Positions 48,758-60,331 of a stretch of 64,000 nt of DNA are shown here, piece by piece. The translations under genes were made by a program, and so were the position numbers. Origin of the DNA: Amphiscolops sp. MND2022 (taxonomy: Eukaryota); NCBI GenBank assembly GCA_964187785.1, contig OZ076409.1, positions 11,348,001-11,412,000 of the forward strand. The letters run 5' to 3'. Within the stretch, counting starts at the first letter, position 1; every line of letters begins with the position of its first letter. The notes under the pieces are model-generated. The model saw nothing but the letters and a program-made list of their open reading frames with translations. It was not told the origin of the DNA and did not search any database.

Positions 48758-49224
48758 TTAGTCGACGCTTTTCCTGAAAAGAGTCGACTATAGTCATGGC
48801 TTTTCGTCAGTGTTTTTTTTTGTTTTTTAAGACCACCTGAAGTGACCAAAATAGTTCTACAAAATTTCAAAATTCACCTGTTGGCCCAGGGAACTGAACC
48901 AAAAAGGTTTCCCGCGTAACATACAATACCGGACGAGACCAAAGGGTCCCCCTTTTAGATTTTTTTCGGCACTGTGCGACTTTTTTTCGGAAATTTTTTC
49001 CCACCAAAGGGTCCCCCTTCAATTTTCGAGAGTGTTGCAACAGAATGGATGTTGAAAAATCCCAAAGGGTCCCCGCTTTCAGTTTTTTTTGGCATTGTGA
49101 GACCTTTTCAGAATTTTTTCATAAAAGGTTCCAAATTCACCACTACTTCGACATTTTGAAGTCCTTTTGCTATTTTTGAGCCTTAGATATGGCGCCGACT
49201 TCAACGGGCCGGTCCCGGCTTGTT
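48758..49224 (+). mobile_element. Helentron-associated-like interspersed element
   Basis: 5' TTAGTCGACGC matched by subterminal inverted GCGCCGACT, then a GC hairpin and CTTGTT end. Related 3' ends near 49770-49795 and 53762-53790. Confidence 0.6.
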
Positions 49225-51573
49225 CAGATAATACATGGCAAGCACGGGGAGAAAACTCGACCCTGTATGGGCTAACTGCAACAGAATTACACCGAATAAG
49301 GCGAGATGTCGCAAGTGCCCTTACGACGTTGCCCCATTGGTCGATCGAATGGAAAAAGTATCTCAACAAATTCATACGGCAACGCCACATTTTAAATCGG
49401 CGCTTTTTGTGTGAACAAAAAAGCCCGACTCCTACACTGACACTTTTTTCTCTAGAACACAGAAGTCACAGTGAAAGTTCTACTTTGTACAGAATCTCTT
49501 TAGGCCTTCCTACTTTACTAGCAAGCAATTTCTAGTGCTTCCAAAGGGTACCGCTTTTGGGTACCATACTTTTTGAAGCTTTTTACGTTACCAGACTGAC
49601 TTCGTTAATTTTTTTTCAAAATAGTATTCTGATTTTTCAAGTTGGGGTTAAGCAATTTTCGAGTGTTAAGCATATCCCTTCATTTATTTTTCGGGAGTGT
49701 AAGTCTGATGAACATTTCACAATAGTCTCCTTTCGCATATTCAAAAAACCTTTTAACTTTAAACGGGGCGCCGACATGGGCCGTTCCCGGTTTGTTGATG
49801 ATTGACTTAATCAAATTTTCTTTATTCATTTGTTGCTTTTGTGGGCAGTTATCAGGATTTAAAAAACAATGTTTAAAACGCTTTCAACGTTTTTTTTTGT
49901 TTAAAAACACTTTTTTGCCAACCCTGCTTTCCATGCAAAAAGAGACTTAGTTGTCTTTGGTAACGACCATTCGTTAGTGCTAAAGATAAGCACTTGATAA
50001 AAACTAAACGAGAAGAGCCATTCAAGTAAACAATCGTCAAAGAGTTTGTGAGGAAAGTTTTGCGAAAAACTCAAATGCCTTCATTTCCGAAAGGCTTAAG
50101 ATGTTAACTTTTGACAGATAAAACCCACAAATAACGCAACAATATTTTCGTTTGAAATTTACGCATGACAGTTAGCTTATTATGTAAGCTTACAAAAGAA
50201 AAATTTCGAAGAATTAGTGACGTCAAAACCCTGTCTACGGGATTCAAACCGTAGCTTTTACTATTTTGTTGTATTAAAACTACTTCAATGCCTTTTATTG
50301 GTGTTTGCATTGACGCAAAATCGTCTAACCTTGAACGTTGTAATGGTATTGACACTGACTGAGACCTAACACCGGCCTCCCAATTTGCCGGAGGCCAAAA
50401 ATATTGCGACAAAAAAGCGACTGTGCAGTGTCAATAGAAGCGAGAAATAAAAAGTCTGACTACCATCGTATTTAACGAACGCCCAAGGAAACGAGGAAAG
50501 GCTACCTTCTGTTAGCTGCTAATTTCAGGCCCAGTTTTCTGAATTTTTCTTCCAATTAGCGATTATAAAATTCACGGTTCTAAGCCTATCACTCCTACTG
50601 GAAATCTTAATGGAAACAAGCATATTTCCGCAGTATATGCGGTTCAAAAAATTTTTTCACAAAATTTGTGCTAAATCATTCGAAGATTAGCAATATGAGT
50701 CAAAATTGGAATTTACGGTTCAACAACGTTTAAATTTCAACAGATGAAGAGCCCGATTACGCCGCAAACTTACCTCATATCTGGGCTCAAAATATCCAAA
50801 AAGTAACCTTCAGTCAAAAAGTCTGATTTTAAGCTTCTCTACTACAAGTTTTTTCAGATTTTTTTTTGGCATGATAACACTTTGGCTTTCAAAGAACGGT
50901 GTTTTTTTATATGGAACTTGAATGAAACCCACAATTGGGTGCAAGATTCTGACAGCAGCTGCCTGCATTGAAGTAAACTGTGCGTCTACTTAGAGAAAGC
51001 ATAGTTCCATGAATTTTTATTGGAAAAAGAACACGATCACAGAAGTTCATGTGGAGTAATCTAAATGAACAATCAAAATCGACAATCTTTTTGTCTGTTT
51101 ACTGCTATTTGCAAACACCTTTATAGATTGAGTGATAATTTCACCACAAATTGGGTGATTTTCAGCATAACAAAAAGACCGACTCCGAAAACCGAAAACG
51201 TAATTAAATAGCAAACTTTGAAAACGTGATATTATGGCAAATTTTCAAACGTATCAAAATGATCAATTTCTTGCCGAAAACAGCAAGAACAATTGGCTGT
51301 ATCACTCGGTCTTTCTCTTTCCGGTGCGCTTTGCACCCCTCCAGGTCGGCTTTCGTCAAAACCATTCGCTAGTCAAGTAGTGGCACGTCGCTCCACCTCA
51401 CTTTGCTCCTACACGTAGGGAACTAAAGGCGTGTATCCGTAGCTGATCAGGTCTCTTTGTTACGCTTCGAAAATTGACCATTTTGTTGCACTTTAAAATC
51501 GGCTGTTTTGTTATGCCTAAGAATCGGACATTTTGTGACATCCCTTTTCACATCTGTATCATGATCATTCATG

Positions 51574-52250
51574 CGTGTCCAGACAAACAGGCTCACAGAC
51601 GAAAGAGCTTACACACAAAAGGCCAAAAACACAGAAAAAAGGGCCACAGACAAAATGGCCAAAAAAGCAAACGAAAGGGCCAAAACAAGGTTTAGTTAAA
51701 ATAACGCATGGCAAAAAATCTGGCCCTTTCTTACTTCCTAGCATTACTAGCTGTTCTTTGAACCGCAATTAGCAGCCATTTGGACATTCAATTCAAGAAA
51801 TTCAATATTATTCAGTTTTTGCAGTCCCGAATGAAGATCATGTACTTCCACATGCCGTCTGTACCCTCCAGCGCTTCCTGAAAAGATCCTGCAACAGGTC
51901 TAGGAAGCCGAATTTTGAATTTTTGACAACAACCGAAGTTATCGCAAATCAATGTGTTTTACCCCTAACGCATTTTAACGCGCGAATTTCGAAGTCAATT
52001 GTGACTTTTTCAGGCAAGGACGAAAAACATGAGAACATTTTTTGCGTCGTATATAGTTAATTAATCTTGAGATATTTCATCAACAGGTCGTTAACACTAA
52101 CACTTCATCATGTTACTTTATCACCTGCTAGAAATTTCCTCCAATTTAACTTAATTAAAGATGTGTTAATAATTAAATATAAACATGATTTTTGGACCTT
52201 CTGTCTGCGTTTTTGGCCTTTTTGTCTGTGGCCCTTTTGTCTGTGCAACC
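51574..52250. mobile_element. MULE-like foldback MITE
   Basis: CACAGACAAAA(A)GGCC repeats on the left and inverted on the right; flanks CATTCATG / CATTCACG. Confidence 0.7.
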
Positions 52251-53034
52251 CATTCACGTATATACCATTGTAAAATACCGAAAGTAATACTCTAGGTACC
52301 TAGAGCAGCAACTGAGAAACTTCGCTGTTGATGGGACCTTAGCACCATTGGTAATCTACCATAATTGTGTTACTTTGACGGAAAAACTTTAGATATTGCT
52401 TCGCTAAAATACTTTGGCAAATATGGGGTTGAATTATTTAATTTATAAATAACTTCATTGTCAGTCTAGACATTAGTTTAGATATTCTTGGCAGTAGCTA
52501 TTGCCGAACTCTTGAGAAAATAAGTATATGCTAAAGTGCAACACCTCATCGACTTTTGGTATTTCAAGATGAAACCTGTGACCTCAAAATGGATAGCAGA
52601 TGGTGAGCGTTTCTGCAAGGTTGAAAGAACTTTGACGTCAAATAACTTTGACTCAAATAACCGAAAACCTACATCTGAACTATTTACAAACGTTGGAATT
52701 ACGCCCACCATCGTATTTGATAGGTAATGATAGGGTATTCCGATCATGAGAACCTATTAAGTTGAAAACATAGTTTTGGTGGATGTACAATTGTTTTTGA
52801 GCTCCAATTAGACCAGAGGACTTATTGACACTCTTGTCTGAGTTATTGCAATTTCTCGATATGCAAAATCGACCATTCATAATGATGGAAACTTTCAGAA
52901 TTAGGTGTTTTTTTCAATGTCAAACTTAAACTTGGAACGCTTGTTATGATTCAGTCAAAATCTTGCAAATATTTCTTGATTATATAATATATTTCTGGCG
53001 CCATATGTAACTGAACGAAATAACTTCATCAAAA

Positions 53035-53404
53035 TGAACATGTTTATAATGCCCCCGAATGAAAGAAATTGATATGGCTATAAATACTTAGAGGATTGTC
53101 TCCATAGTTGTTTCGACACTTGAAGCAAAAAAATATCCAGATAATTTTGACAGTTTTCTTACAAAAAGCAAAAATTCGCCCCTGGAACAGGCTAAAATTG
53201 TATGGAAGCCCTATTTTAACGCAAATTTTCTCTGCCATAAATTAAAATGAGCAACTTTAACTGTATATTAATGTAAACGATGGGATTATGCCGTTATCAA
53301 TTTTTTGGACCAAAATTTCAGCGCAAACGATGTCGACATAATGGTATTTGAACCTTGTTTCTTATCGCCCCGCGATCGCTTAGGGGGAATAAGAAACCTG
53401 GTCC
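53035..53404. mobile_element. GGACCATGT-TIR MITE (diverged)
   Basis: TGAACATGTTT / AAACCTGGTCC termini; flanks CATCAAAA / CTTCAAAA; shares the internal AAACGATGTCGACATAATGGTATTTGAA block. Confidence 0.68.
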
Positions 53405-54228
53405 CTTCAAAATTTGAAAGTTTCGATTTTATTTGCACTTTTTGTCGGCTTTTTCGAAGAAAAAGCACGAATCTTGTAGTGGCTAGTTTTTTTCGTCAGT
53501 TCAACGCAATCGGCCCACTTTTTGTGCATTATGCACTTTTACCAAAGTACTTAGTACTTCATTTGAACGCATTTAAAGACTCTAACATGAAATATAAAAC
53601 CATTCCAAAGCAGAATTGTCATCCATTTCCACTTTTTTTCGGCACTATGACACTTTCCCCCATTTTCAGCTTTGTGAAGAGTCCCCCTTCAATTTTTCAC
53701 GATCTTTTGCAACAAATTGGGTTTTTGCATATTAAAAAAAATAATTCTTTTGAACCTCAGCGGGCGCCGACTTGGGCCGTTCCCGGCTTTTTCCTTTTTT
53801 CTCTATGGAGGGCCCTTTTGTGGACTCATAGCTCTTTTCATGAAACAGAAAAAATTCTTTTCTGTGAGTTATGGGAAGATATGAATTATCGAATGAAATC
53901 AAAAAACCGCTTTTATACGGGTTTTCCTTTTCATTTGAATGACTCCTTCCTTTTCAATCATGCATTTCGCTGATCCCAACATTTGAGCACTGATTTTTAA
54001 ACACTGAGAATACATAGGACTATCCAGCTGTATGGCGTACACCATTTTTTGCTCACGTGAAGAAATTAAGAATGTTTGTGCAGCTGAAAACTTGCAGTTT
54101 TCATGATTCGCGTTGATCCGAAAAACGCTTCGACTACTAAACGTCTTCGAAGCACCAGCATTTCCAAGAATTTTCAGCTGGCAACAAAGTTGCATGAAAT
54201 GAGGGCAGAACCGCCAACACATTGAAAC

Positions 54229-55240
54229 CCCTAGGTTACAAGAATCACAAATCTTGCAAAATTCTTCCGAAATTGTCGTCAACTTAGAATTTCTTACAAG
54301 AATCTTACAAGTTCGTACAAGAAACGCAAATTTTGCACAAATTTGTTACAATGTCGAACATTTCTTACAAGATTCTGATAACATTTTCGCAAAAAATGCA
54401 TTTTTTTCGTGGGAAATTCTTACAAAAAATGTTATGTGTTATTTCGACCAAAAATTCAAAAATCATCAAACTACCAGCAACAACAGCCACAGTTGCCGTT
54501 TAAAATGCACAAACTGTCCCAGGATCCCAGCAAAAAGGTCCAAATTGTTGATTTTGAGCACGAAGGATTTACATGCAAATTTACCCTAAAAATTACTATA
54601 ACGTATTCCAGCTATGAAACTCCGAACAAATATGAACATGGTACCAAATGAAAAAAAAACATTTTAAGGGCTTTCTAACGGTTCTAACCCAAAGCTGCTG
54701 TCAGCTGCTGTGATGGAGAAAATCAGCAAAAAAATACTACAAAACCACCTGTGAAATGTCATTGAAAACTATAAAAACCCTGAAAATTCTAGCAAAATTC
54801 AACCATCGGTTTCATTTCTTCCTCAGCCTATTTTAACTAGTCAGGAGACTGCTGAGAATGGAGTACATTGCTCTCTTAGAGGCAATGACACTTCGCAGGG
54901 CTGTAATATTGTAAGCGAAAGCTTTACAACAATAAGATCAAACAATGCTCATGATGCAAAGAAGGCTTTCCAATAATTCAAGATCTAGATGCTGTAATAT
55001 GGGCAATTGTATCATTTTTCGCGTACAGATCGTTTTTTCTTTTGCAGCCGTTCAATTTTTTTGAGGCAAGAAATGCAAAAAAATGTCAGATTTATGCATT
55101 TTTTGTAACATTCTGAGCAGAAAAATGCAAATCTTGCAAGATTTTTGCAAGAGTTAGATTCAAAAAATGCATTTTCTTAGAAGATCTTACAAGAATTCTC
55201 GTAAGAATTTTGCAAGAGTTGTGATTTTTGTAACTTAGGG
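54229..55240. mobile_element. CMC/EnSpm-like non-autonomous element
   Basis: Long TIR CCCTAGGTTACAAGAATCACAA / TTGTGATTTTTGTAACTTAGGG with TCTT(A/G)CAAG subterminal repeats; 2-bp TSD AC. Confidence 0.78.
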
Positions 55241-55418
55241 ACAGGATGTAAAATGTACAGCTATTTGATCTAGGGTACCAAAATTAGTGAAGCCTTTTCC
55301 AAATTCATTGCGAAAACTTTACAAAATTGTATTAGTAGTTTCAACGCAATTTAAAGCCTTCTTCGAAGAAACTTCATAATGCGCATTGGATATTAAATAT
55401 AAATTCCACTAAAATTTG

Positions 55419-55681
55419 GTACCATGTGTCTTATTCCAAACACAAACCCCCAATCGTATGAAAGGGCCCCTTTTATAGTTCAACGCAAATTTTCTCCGCC
55501 AAAAATTCTAATGAGCAGCTTTGAACTGGCAGACAATGTAAAATATAGGATTACGTCGTCATGAAATATTTCATTGAACCAAAATTTCAACTCAAACGAT
55601 ATCGGCATAATGGTATTTGAAATTTGTTTTTTGTCCCCTTGCGACAACTTACGCGGAGGGGGGTTATAAGACACATGGTCC
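55419..55681. mobile_element. GGACCATGT-TIR MITE
   Basis: GTACCATGTGTCTTAT / ATAAGACACATGGTCC; flanks AAAATTTG / AAAATGTG. Confidence 0.75.
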
Positions 55682-55710
55682 AAAATGTGAACTGCTTTGT
55701 GAGAACTTAC

Positions 55711-56004
55711 ATCTTTCTCGTTTGGCGGCGGCAGGAGTTGCAACTGTGGGTTAGAAGCACCAAGCAGGAAAAGAGGCAGACAGGCAAGAAGTTCAACTGA
55801 TGACGTCATTGACCCGGACCTAGACCTCTGGGCGCATGACGTCATGTCTAGGTACCCCAAGTTTGCATCGGAATCCAGGGTCATCACATCTTGCTGTGTT
55901 TTCTTCAGGGCATCATCCAGAAAACGTCGCACTTTCTTCACCTTGCCCCAAAGACTTGATTCTTTCTTCTCCGAGTCTGTCCCGACAGCGCATTCTATGC
56001 ACAT
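55711..56004 (-). CDS. PPP1R3: Probable first coding exon of the PPP1R3-like gene (98 codons)
   Basis: AAAAATG start, non-repetitive coding-like composition, consensus donor GTAAGT at 55710 in phase 0, matching the phase-0 acceptor at 40734. Confidence 0.68.
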
Positions 56005-57233
56005 TTTTGGTGGCCAAAGTCTCGAGTTTTGGGCAGTTGCTAATTTATACGGTCACGTGGTTTAAAATCCAAAAGAGAGTCAGCTTGAAAACCGGTTCAG
56101 TTTTTGCCGGTTAAGTTTTGGAGGTGTTGAGATGTTTCAGCCAATTGAATCGCAGTATCTTGTTTCAGTTCGAACTCTTCGCGTACTGACTGCTTGTCAA
56201 AAGCAAAGCGGTTGGTCACACATTGTAGATGAGGTCGAACGAGTTAAGTAGATCCGAACCGGTTCGGTTTCAGACTCGGTTTTCAGCTTCGAGTTAATAT
56301 CACGTGCACTAATAAACTGGATATGACAAATCACAAATGAAATTCAAGTTTCACCAGCTCGAACGAGCAAATTTGAAACTAGATAAAGCGTCTGACCGCA
56401 TATAATACTAGAGAAGATAAGCAAATGAATTAAATTGCAGCAATTTCGTGACAAATAAACTTTTCGTGACTTTTATTATGTAGCAGTTTCAAGGACTTTC
56501 GCTGTTGTAGTTAGATAATGAATCCAATGGAATATAAATCCAGCGATAAAATTCCAAACACTCGGTTTATGAAAACGAAAAATGCAAGAATTCGAAGCCT
56601 TTAAGTGTGTACAAACAGAAATAAATACCTCGAGCTGTGAATGATCAACGTACGGTCTAGAAATTCCTACCTAGCTAGGACAGAACCTAAATTTAGAAGA
56701 ACAATGTGTTAACCAAAATGGGTGGCCGCTCTAAACTGACTACACGGGAAGCTTCTCAAATATAATAATAATAATAATTCCTTGCACTACCGCTACTATC
56801 CAACAACCAAATGGATCTATTTCTCGATTTCTGAAAAATACCAATTACAGGAAAAACAGTGGTGCTTTTCCGTTCATGGCGTTTCTTGTGACAAAATATT
56901 CGCCAATGGGAAAAAAGGAACGGACGAAAATGGTGGAAAGTGATCGGAATTTTTACTCAATTGGGAATCGGGTGTCGAGCTAAGAGGAAAAAGTGATGAA
57001 CGTAGGAAATGGAAGGAATTCTGCTTGTGTGAACAGACGACCGGGGATAAATTGGTTCACGCATTCATGTCTGGCTTTGCTCGCAGGAATTGATTTTGGC
57101 ACTTAATCCAACCATGAATTGAATGAATAGAACAAGAGAACGGAATCACAAGAGATAGGAAGACGAAAAAGAGCGTGCTTGTATTTTCATGCATTTCTTT
57201 TGAAGCTTACAAGTTCAGCGAGATGCAAATTAT

Positions 57234-57945
57234 AACAAGACGTGAACATCACAAGTAGGCGCCCCGCCCCGCTCAAGGTTCAAAAAACAAAGTTTTTAAA
57301 TATGCAAAGGGCACTATTGTGAGAATTTTATTGAATTTACAGTGCCGGAAAATACCCATAAGACTCGAAAATCGCCCGTTTTCCCCACTGGAAATATTTA
57401 AAAGAAAATAATTAAAATTTCCATAATCAGTGAAAAAATTGCCATCAGTTCCAAAGGACCAAAAAATAATTAAGAAATTGACCCTTAGGACTTGGAAAAG
57501 GGTTTTACCTTACAAAAAACCAAAAAAGAAGTGTTTGAAAAAATTTTCAATGTTTTTTTCGAAAAATTCATAAAACTTTTTTTTGGTTAGTCACAATGTG
57601 CCGAAAAAAATAGTGGCCCTCTATGCTCGCAAAACGCTTTAATTGAGCTAAAACTGAAGAGGGCACTTCGGTTGAACAACTCACAAAAAAGCGGATAGTG
57701 CCAAATAAAACCAAATAAAACCTTTGGGTCTCCCCAAAGTACTCTAAAGTACTTGTGGAGGCATAACAAAATTTAGTGCAAGACTCGACTCACTTTCTCC
57801 TGCTTTTCAGAACTTAAAAAATCCGGGTCAACGTCTAGGCCAAATGACAGTTAGAAGTTCAACTTATAGAAATCTGTCAGTTCGCTGGTCTTACAAAAAG
57901 CCACTATTATAGTCGGGTCTTTTTCTACGAAAACCGCCGACTAAA
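57234..57945 (-). mobile_element. Helentron-associated-like interspersed element
   Basis: Minus strand begins TTAGTCGGCG and ends GGCGCCTACTT...CTTGTT. Confidence 0.58.
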
Positions 57946-57979
57946 AATGACAATTAAATTGAATTTTCAAAACAAGAAA

Positions 57980-58355
57980 AACAAGCTGGGAACGGTCCAA
58001 GTCGGCGCTATATCAAAGGCTCAAAAATAACAAAAGGGCTTCAAAGTGTCAAGTGTCAACGTTTAAAAAAATATAGTCTCACAAAGCCGCAGTATCATGC
58101 ACCAAAAATTTTGGTCAACGGCGAGACTCGAACCCGCGTCATTCTGCTTGGCAGACCTCAAAAAGTCCTTATTAACCTTTATGCCAAGTGGCAGTAGAAG
58201 TAGCAGTTTAATGTAGCAGTTAGTGGAAGCCAGCATACAAAGCTTATAAAATCTGTCACTTTGTTGGTCTTAAGAAAAGCCAGTGCTATCATAGCACTGG
58301 CTTTTCTTAAGACCAACTATGATAGTCTGCGTTTTCTACGAAAAGCGCCGACTAA
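57980..58355 (-). mobile_element. Helentron-associated-like element carrying a tRNA fragment and a perfect hairpin
   Basis: Minus strand TTAGTCGGCGC ... GCGCCGACTTGGACCGTTCCCAGCTTGTT. Confidence 0.62.
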
Positions 58356-59378
58356 AATAAAAACAAAAGTCGAATTCCGTGCTATGCAAGCAAACGGCTG
58401 GCGGTCATCTTCAAGTTCAATAAAGTTTAATCAAAAATGACTAGTTACATTATTTGAAGTGTCTATATTTGCTTCGATGATTAAACTATGGATATAAAAT
58501 TTAGTAACCCTAATAATATCTCGAATGGAATGCTTCGAGGAAAGTCTTTGGAATGTTAATCAGAAGAAACGACTTGAACATGTTTAAACAACGTGAACAA
58601 CCCCTCCCTGCATTAAAATCAACTTTGAAGAATCGACCCCAAGTTTCAAAACTTCTAAGTAAAAGTGTAAGGTCATACGTAATGTTATGCAGTTTTGTAT
58701 CATCGAAATAAATTATTTTTTCTTTTCTCTCTTGCACAAACATGACGCATGCTTAAAATTAAAGATTAAAAATATACAGGCGCGTCTTATCGATGCAACT
58801 TTCACGATAAACAGGAAAAGAAACAACCTTATTAGGGCTTACCTCAATAATGCTAGAATATTTGCTGGTTTTGAGAGAATGCAGAGACTAGAACAGCCTC
58901 TTCGTTTTTCTGGGAAAAATAATTGCTTTTTAATCATCTGTGCTGACAATAAAAACCAGCAGAAATGACGCTGTTCGAATGAAGCCCATATAATTTAAAG
59001 ACAATTCCCACCCAAGTTGGCGCCTCGCTCAAATTTACACCCACTTGGCAAGTTTCTTAAAGATGCAAAGGAGATTATTTTTAAAGTTTTATCAATTTTT
59101 CAGTGCCGAAAAACAACCCAAAGCATACATATAAGTCTCAGAAACCACACTTTCCCCAACTAGAAACACAAAAAATCCATTTACCATGTTCCAAAGTTGT
59201 ATCAAAATTAAAAGGTGTCACCCAAAGAATTAAATTCACATAAAATTAGCTCCAGGCGAAATGCATTGGCAAAATTTTCGGAGTTTTTTTAACGTTTGAC
59301 CGAAAGTTTCCCAAAAACAACAAAAATTCCAACATGTCCAAATTTTTATCGTTTTTATGCAAAATTTTATTAGACTTC

Positions 59379-60295
59379 TGTCGCAGGCGGCCGCCTGCGA
59401 CGGCAACTATTATCAAATACTAGTGGACGGAGATAACACCAACCCACCGCCAGGTGTTTTGCCAATTTAGAACATATTAGACTTATGGTCAATTTAGCCA
59501 CACCCAAAAAACTAATGTTAGTACGGAAAACTTGGTTAATATTATGTTTTAGTTGATTAATATTTCATTTTGTGCCTGATTGGAACTGTTGCTAATTGTT
59601 TTGTAATTGGCAGTGTAAAATTGATAACAGCTGTAAAATGCAATTAATTTGCTAGCAATCGGTACAAGGAAACGTGTTCAAAAACTTATTTGGTCTCGCT
59701 CAGCGTACACTCGGTCCAAATAGTATTAACCAATCACAGTGCTTCATTTGTGCTATACTTGTGCTTATTTTACTGCCGCCGCATAGACTTTCAGTCCAAA
59801 GCGGAATTAATCACGTGACCTAACCATGTACTGCAATTTGAGCGCTGTTGATGAAGTCAATTAGACTTGTAGTACAATTTATTAGAATGCTACTATTATC
59901 CATTCATGTAGTGTTGCTGTTTAGTTAGAAGCATGTAAATAGCATATTTAAAGTTAGAGAAATTTCACAATACCAAAATTAGTAAACTGTTGATCTGATT
60001 CAATCTCGCTTAGCCGCTTCCCTTTGATGCTATTTTTATCATATAATCATGATGAAATGATGACGTAATGTCGCTAGAATTGCCCTAAAACCCCATAAAG
60101 TGCTATTTTTAGAAGCATGACACGCATAATTTTGCGTGTCACTCTGACCAAACTATAAATAGCAGGGACACTGAGGTGCAGGGACAATTCTTTTGATGAA
60201 CAAGATACAATTCAGTTGATACTACATTTGTTATACGCAATATTGAGAATTACTCAGTTAACGTTCTGTTGATTGGAATAATTTTGTTTGTGACA
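59379..60295 (+). repeat. Putative 5' LTR (917 bp)
   Basis: TGTCGCA...TGTGACA termini, TATAAAT at 60154, 36 nt upstream of the gag ATG. The partner LTR is not in the window. Confidence 0.6.
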
Positions 60296-60331
60296 ATACA
60301 CAATTGACCTTAAAATCACGCAATCTTTTCA

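Noticed and set aside
53305..54651. 222-aa and neighbouring ORFs
   Set aside because: They span several unrelated non-autonomous repeats, are low complexity and show no domain motifs.
55480..55710. C-terminal part of the 174-aa ORF
   Set aside because: It runs past a GTAAGT donor into a MITE.
59845..60080. Hammerhead ribozyme (TGATGA followed by short stems)
   Set aside because: The required CTGATGA...GAAA core is not complete at either site.
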